Shown in pieces: positions 1 to 15,500 of a stretch of 64,000 nucleotides of DNA (position 1 is its first letter; each line of letters starts with the position of its first letter). The DNA lies in assembly GCA_964016885.1 (NCBI GenBank), contig OZ024752.1, positions 21,018,001-21,082,000 on the forward strand, given 5' to 3'. Made by a program: the position numbers and the translations under genes. This stretch comes from Eledone cirrhosa. Taxonomy: Eukaryota. The notes beneath the pieces are model-generated. The model worked only from the letters and a program-made list of their open reading frames with translations. It was not told the DNA's origin and did not search any database.

Positions 1-570
1 GTACTACCCAGGGAGCTGAAAGAAGGCACAATATGCCCTATCCACAAAGGAGGTAGCAGAGCGGAGGCTATAAACTATAGGCCAGTCCCCTGATATCACA
101 TATCAGTAAGGTCATGGAGCGAATCATCAGACAGAAATCACGGGGCCCTCTCAAAGGAAACATCAATAACAAGTGGAGTGCTCCAAGGCACAGTCCTGGG
201 GCCACTACTGTTTTTGGTGGACCAACCGTCGAACAGGACGTGACTGTGTGGTCACATCTAGAGTAAGGAGCAGATATTACAATAGCCTGGGGTTCTAGGG
301 CCCTCAACTCTCCAACAAGCTGCCGAGGGATCTGAGAGATCTGCATGGTGTGGACGTGGATGTCTTCAAGAAACATCTCGACACCTTGCTATCTAGGATC
401 CCGGATGAGCCCACAGCAAGGCACGAAGGAAACCTAAGGGCAGCGGCAACGAACTCCCTCTTGCACCTGTGGCCAACCAATACAGGCTGGAGATAAAATG
501 TGTAGCAACAAAGGCGGTGCCCCAGAATGGCCTCAGCCGGATGGCTGGAACAGGTAATAGAGTAAAAGTA
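1..570 (+). mobile_element. CR1-group LINE remnant, internally deleted (RT N-part fused to C-terminus and 3' UTR)
   Basis: + frame reads VLPRELKEGTICPIHKGGSRAEAINYRPV..ISHISKVMERII, then jumps to NKLPRDLRDLHGVDVDVFKKHLDTLLSRIPDEP, a typical CR1-type C-terminus; ends at (TA)n. Confidence 0.75.
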
Positions 571-654
571 TATATATACATATATACATATATATATATA
601 TATATGTAGACTTAGCACTTTCCTGTAAACAAGTGCCTCTTATCATGTTACCTT

Positions 655-722
655 ATTTTATCTGATCAGAACACAATTTTTGTCCCAGGATGATTTTGTA
701 TTCGAAATGCGCATAATGAAAT
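655..722 (+). ncRNA. Hammerhead ribozyme motif (type I, G8C variant) in an orphan Penelope pLTR fragment
   Basis: attttat-CTGATCA-stem II-GAA ATGCGCAT A-atgaaat; 630-760 is homologous to 58130-58250. Confidence 0.65.
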
Positions 723-759
723 ATATGCAACTCTTTTAACCATCTTTTAATTTCTTCTT

Positions 760-1600
<841 letters not shown>

Positions 1601-1602
<2 letters not shown>

Positions 1603-2657
1603 GTATATTTAGTGAGGAATTCCAGATACAAGTAGGTGTACATCAAGGTTCTGTCCTCAGTCCGCTCTTGTTCATTATAGTCCTCCAAGTTTAAGATTGG
1701 CTGTCCATGGGAACTTCTCTATGCTGACGATCTGGTTCTTATAGCAGAATCAGTAAAGGAGCTAGACAATAAATTCTGGCTATGGAAACAGCAGTTGGAA
1801 TCAAGAGGCCTGAGAGTGAACCTAGCTAAAACAAAGGCGTTGATAAGTAGAAGAGAGGACAATACTCTGATTCCATCAAGGAAATGGCCATGTTCGATAT
1901 GTAGGAAAGGAACTGGTATAAATTCCATAAAATGTACGCAATGCAGATCTTGGGTACACAAGAGATGTAGTGGGATAGTAGGCAAACTAACAGGCAGGGA
2001 AAACTACCTATGCAGTAGATGTACAGGGAAAGTTTCAGTAGTAATCGCAGTGATAGACACATTTTTCCAATGCAGGTGGGTTCTTTATACGTGGTTGATA
2101 GCTTCCGGTACCTAGGAGATCAGATTAGCATGGGAGGGGCGTGTTCCAAGGCCATAATATCTAGAATAAGGACGGGTTGGAAGAAGTTTAGGGAGCTGCT
2201 CCCTCTGTTGACAAAAAAGGGCTTCTCTCTGCGTACGAAAGGCCGGTTTTATGATGCCTGTGTGAGGAGCGCAATGCTGCATGGTAGTGAGACATGGGCA
2301 GCAACTGCAGAAGATATGCGACGGCTGGAGTGCATAGACGAGTTGAGAAAGAAACTGGGTATAAGAGGGATAAGTTGTGGTGTGCAGGAGAGAAGGCTGT
2401 GATGGTATGGACATGTGAATCGCATGGAGGATGACCGATGGATGAAGAAGTGCCAGGAAGTCCCAGTGGAGGGAAGATGCAGTAGAGGTAGACCACGAAA
2501 AACATGGGGGGAGGTGGTGAGAGCAGACCTCAGATCGCTGAAACTCATGGAGGAGATGACGAAGGACCGTGACGGGTGGAGAGATGCTGTGCTGAATAGG
2601 ACCCGTCCAACCCTTGCAAGCAGGGAAAAGCGGACGTAAAATGATGATGATGATGAT
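1601..2657 (+). mobile_element. RTE-clade LINE 3' fragment (RT-PHD family) with (GAT)n tail
   Basis: [48 protein letters not shown]; frameshifts; ATGATG tail into (TA)n. Confidence 0.92.
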
Positions 2658-2668
2658 ATATACATATA

Positions 2669-2733
<65 letters not shown>

Positions 2734-2960
2734 GTATATATATATAACACACATAATTTTCAGCAGGCAGGAGGGGTAGTGAACTTTGATAAGTACCAAA
2801 AAGTACGAAACAGAACTCTGTCAGTTTATCTCCCCTGTTTGCTGAAAATTTAAATAAGTGACAGTCACAATTTTAAAACAATAGCATAAGGTCTTCAAAA
2901 TGCTTTTATTTAATAAAGTGTATTGCAAAATACACTATATATATACATTCATATATATAT

Positions 2961-3092
2961 ATCATTTCTGAAGACAGCATGTATATGTGACGGTATGTAT
3001 ATTTCCTCTGATAATTTGTAATATTTTTACATAGATCTATATGATATACATACCATCACACACATACATCCTAGAAACGATCGTAAAATGAT
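2961..3092 (+). ncRNA. Hammerhead ribozyme motif with ~99-nt stem II (solo Penelope pLTR fragment)
   Basis: atcattt-CTGAAGA-long hairpin-GAA ACGATCGT A-aaatgat; homologous to 55231-55375. Confidence 0.75.
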
Positions 3093-3566
3093 GAATTTTT
3101 TAATATAAGGAACTTGTTCTTTGTTTTTATTTCATTGTTTTTATTAATTTATATATATATATATATATATATAAGAGTATTGAAGTTTGCTTGAAGCATT
3201 GTGGAATAATAAGGTAAATTTCTTTAAGTCGTTTGGAAGCCTCGACAATGCAAATGGGTAAATCTCCGGGTAACAAACAAGATCCGCTGGTGGAGAGAGA
3301 GATGTAAGTGGGTGTACGTTGAGATGCGTGGCGTGTATAAGATGTGTAGAGGAATGAAGGAAAGAGCATAAAGGATAAAATAAAATTAACACAAGAGAGA
3401 GTTACCTTGGGAGAGATTTAATTGTCCCTATATATTTCGGATTCACATCCATCAACTGGGTTTTTTTCCGGGGTGGGGGAAAGATTGCCTGTCGGAAAGG
3501 TGCGAAACGCGTCCTCCGCTGTTCGTTGTTTTGAATATCTGACTTTGAATGTCATATATCATAGAT

Positions 3567-5612
3567 CCTGCTATCCCGCTACATCTCTTGTGTACCCAGG
3601 ATCTGCATTGTGTGCATTTTATAGAATTTAAGCCAGTTCCTTTTCTGCATATCGAACATGGCCATTTATTCTCTAGCTCCTCTACTGATTCTGCTATAAG
3701 AACCAGATCGTCAGTATAGAGAAGTTTCCATGGACAGCCAGTCTTAAACTCCTCTGTTATGGCTTGGAGGACTATAATGAACGAGAGCGGGCTGAGGACC
3801 GAACCTTTATGTACTCCTACTTGTATCTGGAGTTCCTCACTAAACTCCATTCCTACCCTGACTTTACTGACAGTACCTCTGTACAAAGTTTGCACTGTCC
3901 TCACAAGCCATTCTTCAACACCTAGTTTCCTTAGGGACCACCAGATGACAGATCGGGGTACCCTATCAAAGGCCTTCTCTAGGTCAACAAAGGCTAAGTA
4001 TAGTGGCTTATTTTCTCTAAGAACCTCTCTTGTAATTGTCTCACAAGAAGAGGGCATCTGTTGTACTCTACCCAGACATAAAACCAAACTGCATCTCATC
4101 TAGTTTGACCCTTTCTCTAATTAGTTGTGCTAATATCCTTTCTGCCACTTTCATAACCTGATCCATCAGTTTTATACCCCTATAATTTCTCCTCTCCAGA
4201 GCATCCCCTTTACCTTTGTAGCAATTTATGAGAATACTGCTGCACCAGTCTTTGAGTATGACACCACCATATATAGCCTGATTGATGATGCATGCAAACT
4301 GTTTAGTGCCTACATCCCCTCATGCCTTCAGCATCTCAGCAACTATTCCCGATGGTCCAGCAGCCTTACCATTTTTCCTTTCCTTAATCGCCTCTTGGAC
4401 CCTATATTCGTCAATCTCTATAGCTGGTCCTTCTGTCGGATCTACTGAGGGTAATTTCTCTCTCTCCCATTCGTTCTCCACATTCATCAGTCGCTCATAA
4501 TTATATTTCTAGGCCTCCTTTTTCTGATCATTAGTGACACTAAGTACACCGACATCATTCCGGACACATTTATCTCCAACAACATCCTGATTTAAATAGA
4601 CACACTGCCTTGCAATGTGGAACACCGCGCGCCTCTGATCTTCCCGTCGCAGAACATTGGAAAACCTCCTACTCTCAGCCTCCCTGCGTGCTAAGTACAC
4701 CTGACATCTAGCTTCTCTCTTAGCGGCTGTATATTCTTCCCTACTCCCACCCTTTTTCCAAGCCTTCCATGCTAGTCTTTTGTCTCTAATGGACTTATTT
4801 ACTGTGCTGTTCCCCCACCAGGTCACTCTCTGTCTGGTTGGAGCTCTGCTCCAGCCACAAGTTTCATCAGTAGCCTGCAGTAAGTAGTCACGTAAGAAAT
4901 TCCAGTTATTATCTGTCATACGTCTCTAAATCGTCTTCTTTTTCGTCATATACATCTTGAAGGGCTTTGCTAAATTTATATTTTAGAGAAAGATCTTTTA
5001 GCTTCAAGACCTTTCTTCTCCACACCTTCCTGTATGTCTCATTCCATCTCTTGCTTACTGAGATATCACTAATGACTAACCTATGCTGTAGGGTACATTC
5101 TTCCCCAGGGTATGCCTTGGTATTAGCCACTATCTGCCTGTCCTGCTGCCTAACTAGTAAGAAGTCAATCTGGCTTATGTGCTCACCAGATTTGTAGGTT
5201 ATTAGGTGGTTGGCCGGTTTCTGGAAGTTTGTGTTGCAAATAGTCAGTGTACTTGCATCACAATATTCAAGAAGTCTCATTCCTTCTTCATTTCTTGAGC
5301 CGTAACCGTGCCCACCATGTACTACAGTGTAACCATCCTGGAGCTGTCCAACATGTCCATTGAAGTCCCCTGCTAGCATAACGTTGTCTCCTTCCTCTGC
5401 CATTGCGGTTGCTCGTAAAAGCAGTCTTTCTTATCTTTGCCTAGGCCTGCTTGGGGAGCATATGCAGAGACGATTGTCAGTCGTCTCCTGCCTACAACTA
5501 ATCTAAGCTTAATTATTCAATTACTAACTCGAACTACCTTTATTGTCTTATTGATCCATCTCTCAGCCAGGAAAATGCCTACTCCCCCTAACCCATCATC
5601 CTTACCGACCTC
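3567..5612 (-). mobile_element. RTE-clade LINE (APE endonuclease + RT + partial PHD), decayed and truncated at both ends
   Basis: ORFs 4909-5403 (GDFNGHVG, SQIDFLL, QHRLV), 4509-4919 and 3452-4099 (FVDLEKAFDRVP, YTDD). Confidence 0.92.
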
Positions 5613-6015
5613 TTTTATACCATAAACGTGGTTCTGTCTTTGCGCGTAATTGTTTTTCACCGCTCCTATTAATGACGTATTATTCGTTTTTTCCCGTTCT
5701 TTGCCAGCGAACGTTTCCACGAACCAAAGTATCGTCTTCCTGTCTTCCTCCGGTTGCAACGTTTTTTGAAATATCCAGTTCTGCGTTTACAGATTGACTT
5801 TGTTAGTTTCAGAAGATCCCGTTAAGGGTGAAAGCAGCGATTCTTTGCTTAAACTTTAATCTGTTATTTAATAAATATTTGCTCTACGGTTCTTATATAT
5901 TTGATATATATTTATCCTTATCGAGCCCTCTTTGGATTTTAGTCTTCAATTTTATTATTATTACTATATATATGTATATAAATATGTATATGTATATACA
6001 TATATATTATATATA

Positions 6016-7342
<1,327 letters not shown>

Positions 7343-7522
7343 TTTATATATATATATAGATAGATAAATATACACGGGTGTGTATGATTGTGTATAGAAG
7401 ATTATATTAACAAGAGGAATTCCAACTTTGTCTGATTTACTCGTTTTATTTACAATCCTTTAACATTTATAATGGTATTATAATGAAATAGTATGATAGA
7501 ATATTAAATGTTAAGTGTTAAT

Positions 7523-7561
7523 TGAACAAGTAGTTTCATGCTTTCGCAATCTTCAGGTTCA
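7523..7561 (-). ncRNA. Minimal hammerhead ribozyme (inverted pLTR copy, stem III mutated)
   Basis: Reverse complement tgaac-CTGAAGA-ttgc gaaa gcat-GAA ACTACT T-gttca. Confidence 0.7.
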
Positions 7562-7872
7562 TAATGTGTGATGACAGTCAAGTTTGCAATTTTCAACTGT
7601 AATGAGATGGGTAAATTTTGTACCTTATATAAAGTGAAAAGTGGCTCAAGAATGCTAAATCTTGCAAACTGTATTTCGACCAATCGGTGTGTAGTTTCAC
7701 TGAATTACTAAAGCTGATTGGTTTAGGCGTCACGGTTGGTTGAGCATGTCTAACGACCACTAATTGATCCTATCCAAAGTATTAATTGTTTTGCTATTTT
7801 TAGAAATGATGAAAATAGCATTTTCTAGTAATCATCACCATCAACATCACTTTTATTATTATTATTATTATT

Positions 7873-8062
7873 GTTGGATTGGCAGTATCGGTAAGGGTCG
7901 GACGCCATGCTTTGAAGCATAGAGTTACCCCCCTTTATGATCTGAGTTCAAATCCCGCCGAGGTTAACTTTGCCTTTCATCCTTACGGGGTCGATAAAAT
8001 AAAGTACCAGTAATGCACTGGGATAATTGCTGGCTTTGTGCCAAAAGTAGAAACAATTATTA
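7873..8062 (+). mobile_element. tRNA-derived SINE (Nin/Deu-type central domain)
   Basis: A box TGGCAGTATCGG, B box GTTCAAATC, central ttgcctttcatcctt.cggggtcgataaaat..agtaccag, (ATT)n tail; copies at 16222 and 49580. Confidence 0.85.
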
Positions 8063-8620
8063 TTGTTGTTGTTGTTGTTAGTGGTCGTAGTCATAGTCAT
8101 AGTAGAAGTAATACCCCATTATTATTGTTCATTTAGCTTGGGTTTGAATTTATCAATAACATTCTTTTCTTTGATTTTTCTCTTGATTTCACTTGGGCTG
8201 TGTAATTTGTAGAATGGGAATATTATAAATATTCCCTGACCACATGTACTGACTTTAGAAAGTACATTGAAAAATCTTGGAAGAGATACCTTGACGACTG
8301 TTTCATCATCTGGACAGAATCTCTAGATACTCTGGATGAGTTCAATATCCTCCTGAATAACCTACACCCATCTATCCAATTCACAAAAGAGATGAGTAGG
8401 ACCAAATTACCATTCCTAGATATAATGATAATCAAAAACGACACCACCATTACCACGGATATATATTATAAACACAGACACCCATCAATATCTGAATTTC
8501 AAGTCGTGCCATCCACCTCATGCAAAACGCAACATCCCATACAGCCTAGCCAGAAGAATTTGTACCATTGTAGAAGATACGAATACCAGGTACAAACGCC
8601 TAACAGAACTAAGAGAATTT

Positions 8621-9331
8621 TTGCTCAAAAAAAAATACCCATCTCTACTTATAGAAAATGGCATACAACTGGCTATAAAAATACCTATACAACAACTTAG
8701 GACAACCCAAGGAAGAAGAAACCAAGAACTAGTCATACCATTTATAATGACACACAACCCATGTCACCAGAATATCTTCAACACTGCCAAAGCAAAACTA
8801 CCGATCATTGCTCAAAGTAATGAATTAAAAGGCTTAATCACAGATCGATCTTTGACTCTTAGTAAAAGACAGTCGAAAAATTTGAAGCAATTACTAACAA
8901 AAGCAAAGTTTGACCTTAACAACAAAGACCAATCATTCACTGTATCTAAATGCAATGATAGTCGATGCGGCACATGTCAATCCATACACGCCGGTCAATA
9001 TATGAAAACAAAAACTGGAAAAATATTCCCAAATGTAAATATGAACTGCAAAAGCAGAAATCTAATTTACTGCATTAAATGCCCGAATTGTGAAGAACTA
9101 TATGTCGGTCAAACTGGAAATGAACTATCGGAACGTGCACGGGTACACCGTCAGCAAATCAGAGACCCAAATGTCCGTCAGATACCCCTAAGTAACCATC
9201 TAGCAACATGTGGTCAGGGAATATTTATAATATTCCCATTCTACAAATTACACAGCCCAAGTGAAATCAAGAGAAAAATCAAAGAAAAGAATTTTATTGA
9301 TAAATTCAAACCCAAGCTAAATGAACAATAA
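8621..9331 (+). pseudogene. Penelope linker + GIY-YIG endonuclease ORF segment
   Basis: Cys-rich linker, LIY..YVGQT, conserved R and H, E..FI......LN. Confidence 0.85.
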
Positions 9332-9701
9332 TAATGCTTAGGGGTATTACTTCTACTATGACTATGACTACGACCACTAACAACAACAACAACAATAATA
9401 ATAATAATAAAAGTGATGTTGATGGTGATGATTACTAGAAAATGCTATTTTCATCATTTCTAAAAATAGCAAAACAATTGATGCTTTTGATAGGATCAAT
9501 TAGTGGTCGTTAGACATGCCCAACCAACCGTGACGCCTAAACCAATCAGCTTTAGTAATTCAGTGAAACTACACACCGATTGGTCGAAATACAGTTTGCA
9601 AGATTTAGCATTCTGGAGCCACTTTTCACTGTATATAAGGTACAAAATTTACCCATCTCATTACAGTTGAAAATTGCAAACTTGACTGTCACCACACATT
9701 A

Positions 9702-9740
9702 TGAACCTGAAGATTGCGAAAGCATGAAAGTACTTGTTCA
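9702..9740 (+). ncRNA. Minimal type I hammerhead ribozyme in Penelope pLTR
   Basis: tgaac-CTGAAGA-ttgc GAAA gcat-GAA AGTACT T-gttca; perfect stem I, GNRA-capped stem II, palindromic stem III. Confidence 0.85.
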
Positions 9741-9884
9741 ATTAACACTTAACATTTAATATTCTATCATACTATTTCATTATAATACCATTATAAATTT
9801 TAAAGGATTGTAAATAAAACGAGTAAATCAGACAAAGTTGGAATTCCTCTTATATGTATATATATATATGTATATATATGTATA

Positions 9885-9973
<89 letters not shown>

Positions 9974-11175
9974 TTATATGTATATACATATATATGTATA
10001 TATATATAAGTGTATATATTAAAATACAAATATTAATAAAATAGATGCTCTTTTTATCAATTACATTTTATTATACATATTTCGGATGTACAACAGTACG
10101 TCCTCATCAGTGAATTATCCTCATAAGTGAATTATTCTCTAGTTGCCTCCACAAAGCTACGTCCACATTCTTAGCCTCCCACAAAACGAGAAAAAGAGAG
10201 AGAGAAACACTTAACCATTACAAACAGGGAAAAACATTAATGGCCTTTAATATTGTATTATCTTATAATCTATCTATGGAAGAAATAATGCTTGAATGAA
10301 AAACACTTGTTCAATAACATGCCGGAACAGTGATATACATAACATAATATTATAATTATTAATTTTGATCCATACCATTATTTCTTTATTTCTCTATCTT
10401 TATCGTCCTATCTAAGGTTTAAATTTTAGTTTAATATCCAACCCATACATTTTTATGGAACTTATTTCTAACTGAATTTTTCATGTGTTTTTGATTATTA
10501 TTTATTTCAAACTATGAATAATTAATGCATTTACACCCTGTTATATTGGTATATATTTAACTTTGCATGCCTCAATCTATTATATTTTTTTCGTTATCAT
10601 TTACCTAAAATATACTGGCTCATTAATAAATATCTATATACATAATCGTTAATTAAATATTTCTAACAATAAGTACTTCATAAGATTTACATACCATAAG
10701 TTGACAATTGATTCTTCGGTAAAGTTTATATTTAGGAAAATATTCAACAGTGTAAACTTTCCTTGCTTTTCGTATATATATATTTAACTATAACACGTTT
10801 CGAACCTTATTATATAAAATTATAACTGTTATCATTTACCTAAAGTATACTGTACCAATGATACATAATTTATATCACTAATACATAATTTATATCAATA
10901 ATACCTAATTTATATCCATATAAACCTCCATATATCATTCTATACATAATTTTTAGTTAAATTTATTGACTATCATTTATTTTGAACTATGAATAATCAA
11001 TGCATTTACACCCTTTTATATATACGTATATATTTAACTTTAGCATGCCTAAATCTATTATCTTATTTTTATTTTTATTTTCGTTATCATTTACCTAAAA
11101 TATACAGGCTCATTAATATATATATATATATATACGATATTAAATAAATGGAAACTATATTTATAAAACCATATT

Positions 11176-11241
11176 TATTTCATTATATATATTTCAGGGA
11201 TATCATATTAAAAATATGTTATGCCTTCTTCAGACAAAATA
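11176..11241 (-). ncRNA. Hammerhead ribozyme motif in a nested pLTR fragment
   Basis: Reverse complement tattttgt-CTGAAGA-aggcataacatat..atatgatatccct-GAA ATATATAT A-atgaaata. Confidence 0.78.
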
Positions 11242-11374
11242 CAATATAAACAGTCTTATAAATAGATAGATTCGACATACCTTTCAACATCCACTTCAAT
11301 TTGAAAAGTTGATTGTCATAATAGTTATATATATATATATATATAAATATATATAACTATTATGTATATGTATG

Positions 11375-11452
<78 letters not shown>

Positions 11453-12049
11453 CATATACATAATAGTTATTTAAATATTTCTAACAATAAATACTTCATA
11501 AGATTTACATACTATATATGTTGACAATGAATATCTCCGGTAAAACTTACATTTAGAAAAATATTCGACAGTGTAAACTTTATTTTCCCCTGGCCAGCTA
11601 AATCCTTTAAAAGTTATCATCATAAAATTCTGAAGTTTAGAAATGTTAAAACACTTATTGAATTTTAAAAACTAATAAATAACCTGCAATTTAAAAAAAA
11701 CCCCCTAAAATCTTGACTCTTCACCCTAAAATAGCATAAATTAAATATTTTCAAACTTAACCGTTTAACTTTCGGAAAATCTCCTTCTACATATATTCCC
11801 TCTCTCTATATATATTACCTCAGCAGCTCTCATTGACTGCTTTCCCTGATAAATTGTAGTATCATACATTTTAAAATCTCTATAACTGTTACATGAAGCA
11901 ACGTTTTTCTTACTCACACATTCTCTATTGAATTTATTACGTTTTCGCATTTTCTCATTATTAGGGTATAAATGTTAAACTTTCTCTTAGGTTAATCACT
12001 ACCTTGATTAAATCTTAACCATTTAACATCTCAGGGTATGTTATATATC

Positions 12050-12112
12050 ATTATATTTTGTCTGATGAGGACGTACTGTTGTACATCCGAAATATGTATA
12101 ATAAAATGTAAT
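12050..12112 (+). ncRNA. Hammerhead ribozyme motif
   Basis: attatattttgt-CTGATGA-ggacgtac tgtt gtacatcc-GAA ATATGTAT A-ataaaatgtaat. Confidence 0.82.
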
Positions 12113-12284
12113 TGATAAAAAGAACATCTATTTTATTAATATTTGTATTTTAATATTAATAACTCTGGAAAATTTATTTATTCATAGAGTGCTTCCAATC
12201 TACTGTAAAACTAATTCTTTGATATACTCATTGAATATTGTTTAACTCTTTAATATGTGTATATATATATATTTATATGTATGT

Positions 12285-12373
<89 letters not shown>

Positions 12374-12502
12374 ATATACATATATATGTATATATATATG
12401 TGTATATATATATATATGTGTATATATATATGTATATATATATGTATGTATATATATATATATGGCATATATATGTATATGTATATATATGTATATATAT
12501 AT

Positions 12503-15500
12503 ATCATCATCAACATCATCGTTTAACGTCTATCTTCCACGCTAGCATGGGTTTAGACGGATATTATCACAATTGAGGCAAGATTGGTTGTCATGCTCGT
12601 ATAGGACTGTCTGGCAGGTTTTCTATGGCTGGATGCCCTTCCTAACACCAACAACGTTTACAGTGTGGACTGGAAAGTTTTTACCGTGTTACCTACACGG
12701 CCACATTATAGCGTGAACTGTGTCTTTTTTTGTCGTGACACCTACACGACCTCATTTATTTTGGACTGGATGTTGTGGTACCAACATAACTTTACAGAGA
12801 GAGGGTGGTGTTGGTGGGAGTAGGGGTAGTGGGATGGGGGTGTATATTTGGTTAAGAGGTGCCTACTGACTATGTTTTGCTTTGTACATAGGCAAGGCGG
12901 GTCTTCTGTATGACTGGATAGCGCCAAAGATCTCGGTCCAGTGACATTGTCTTAGAGAGGTGTAAGTGTATAAGGTCGGAATTTATCAAATCGTCCCAGG
13001 TTTTTCTGGGTCTACCTACTCCGTAACTGCCATCAATTTTGATCGCCCTGCACTTTTTTATACAGCTGTCGTCTTTCATGCGCATCACGTGACCATACCA
13101 ACGTAGTCATCTCTCAAGTAAACAGCATCTGATCCCTCTTATTCCTAATTTCTCACTTAGTTCATTTAGGCTTTGCTGTTCACGTATATTACTAATACAT
13201 ATCCAGTGGAGCATGCATGCTTCGGTCCTCTCTAGTCTGCGCAGATCCTCTGCACACAATGCCCATGTCTCACTGCCATGTAACATTGCTGTTCGTATGC
13301 AGGCATCATACAGCCTGCCTTTCATTTTGAGAGAGAACCCTTTAGGGGCCAATAGTGGTATAAGCTCTCTGAACTTTTTCCATCCCGTTCTGACTCTAGC
13401 TACTGTACTTTCAGAGCACCCTCCCCACTGCTGATTTTGTCACCCAGGTAACAGAAGGTCTCTACTATTTCTATAGAACCATCTTGGCAATAGAAGGAGT
13501 TAGTATCCTGTGGACACTGGCTACTTATTGCACCTGAGCACCGCCCACATATAAAATCTATATTCTTAGTTAGCTTACCTGTGATCCCACTACATCTTTT
13601 ATGCACCCATACTTTGAAATTTGGGACAGAAAATGGAGTTTCTGCCTACTCCTTTCCTACTCACTGAGCATGGCCATTTCCCAGAGGGGACCAGTGCCCT
13701 ATTTTCCTTCCTATATACTAGAACTTTAGTCTTAGACAAGTTAACTTTAAGGCCTTTTGATTCTAGGCCATGCTTCCATGTTTGGAATTTCTTCGCTAGT
13801 TCAGCCATCAATTCAGCTATGAGTGTTAGATCATCTGCATATAGAAGTTCCCATGGGCAGCCGGTCTTGAACTCCTCTGTTATAGCCTGAAGGACAATAA
13901 TAAATAGGAGGGAGCTAAGGACAGAGCCCTGATGAACGCCAACTTTTACGCTAAATTCTTCACTATATTCGTTGTTAATTCTAACATTGCTGACTGTTTC
14001 TTTATACATGGCTTGTATAGCTCTCACAAGCCATTTATCAAGACCTAGTTTTTTAAGAGCCCACCAGATAATGGAGCGGCGGACTCTGTCAAAGGCTTTC
14101 TCCAAGTCAACAAAAGCTAAGTATATGGGTTTACCTTTAGCTAGGTACTTCTCCTGTAGTTGTCGTACAAGGAAAAGGGCGTCTGTGGTACTTTTACCTG
14201 ACACAAACCCAAACTGCATTTTGTCTAGATCAATTCGCTCTATGATTAGTTGTGCTATAACTCTTTCTGTGATCTTCATGACCTGGTCAATTAATTTAAT
14301 GCCTCTATAGTTTCCCCTATCTAGGCATCTCCTTCACCTTTGTAGCAATTAATGATGCTGCTGCTACGCCAGTCGTTTGGTATGACCCCATTCTGTATGA
14401 CTTGGTTTACTATCCGGGTGACCATAGTGCGTACCACCAATCCAGATGCTTTCAGCATTTCAGCAACTATCTCCGAAGGCCCAGCTGCTTTGCCTGTCTT
14501 CATATATTTGATTGCCTTCCTTATACTACCTTCAACTTGCACTGCTGGTGCCTCTATTGGATCGATTTGGGGCAGACTATCTTTTTCCCACTTATTCTTC
14601 TTATTTAGTAGCCTCACGTAGTGGCACTTCCAAGCTACCTTCTTATCAGCATCAGTGATGGCAAGTATACCATCATCATTATGGACACACTTCTCCCCGA
14701 CAATATCACTGTTCTCCTTGACACATTGTCTTGCAATCATGAACACCACGTTTTTGGTCCTCGCGTTGTAGAACATGCTTGAACTCTCTTTCCTCTGCTT
14801 CTCTTCTTGCAAAGTACACTTTTTTTCCTAGCTTCTCTCCTGGCCACTTGATAGTGTTCTCTACTTCCCCCATGCTGCCATATTTTCCAAGCTTGCTTTT
14901 TGGCCTTGATTGACTCCTCCACCTTACTATTCCACCACCATGTTACTCTCCTTCTGCCTATAGGTCTGCTCCAGCCACAGATTTCATTTGTCGCCTTTAG
15001 CAGGTTAACTTTCAGGAATTCCCACTGTTCCTCTATATTGTACGTCTCTAATTGCTCTTCCTTACTGTCAAAAGCATCAAGTAATATGCTTTTAAATTTG
15101 TTACTGGCTGTGGGGTCCTTTAACTTCCATATTCTTCTTCTCAGGTTTGTCCTCCTCTATTGTCGAGTACGTCTTGTCCTGACTATGAGGTCACTAACTA
15201 TGAGGCTATGTTGGGAGGTGCATTCTTCACGGGGGAGGGATTTAGTGTTTACAACAGACACTCTGTCACGTCTTCTGGTAAGGATATAATTTATCTGACT
15301 GGCGTGTTCCCCTGATCTATAGGTGATCAAGTGATTGTCTCGTTTTTTGAAGTTTGTGTTACAAATACTTAGGTTATTAGCGTCACAGAATTCCAGGATT
15401 CTGAAGCCTTCCTCATTTCTGGTACCAAACCCATAGCCTCCATCGATTCCGTCATAGCCGTCACAATGTTGTTCAACATGACCATTTAGGTCGCCAGCAA

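Larger units (their letters stand above)
7412..9851 (+). mobile_element. Penelope-like element (Neptune-type), 5'-truncated, with inverted copy of its 3' end
   Basis: RT remnant RYLDDCF/LPFLD from ~8250; ORF 8621-9331 GIY-YIG (NLIYCIKCPNC..YVGQT); 7412-8247 is the reverse complement of ~9206-9851, interrupted by a SINE. Confidence 0.92.
10015..12255 (+). mobile_element. Non-coding AT-rich Penelope-type element or 3' region bounded by inverted hammerhead-containing repeats
   Basis: 10015-10110 is the reverse complement of ~12062-12156; no RT or EN ORF; internal duplication ~10495-10760 vs ~10970-11580. Confidence 0.7.

Noticed and set aside
3472-3520. Hammerhead-like remnant (GAAACGCGTC with plausible stems)
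   Set aside because: The CUGANGA box is missing; probably a decayed pLTR but not supportable as a ribozyme.
5803-5850. CAGAAGA-tccc/gggt-GAAA hammerhead-like motif
   Set aside because: Stems I and III do not pair.
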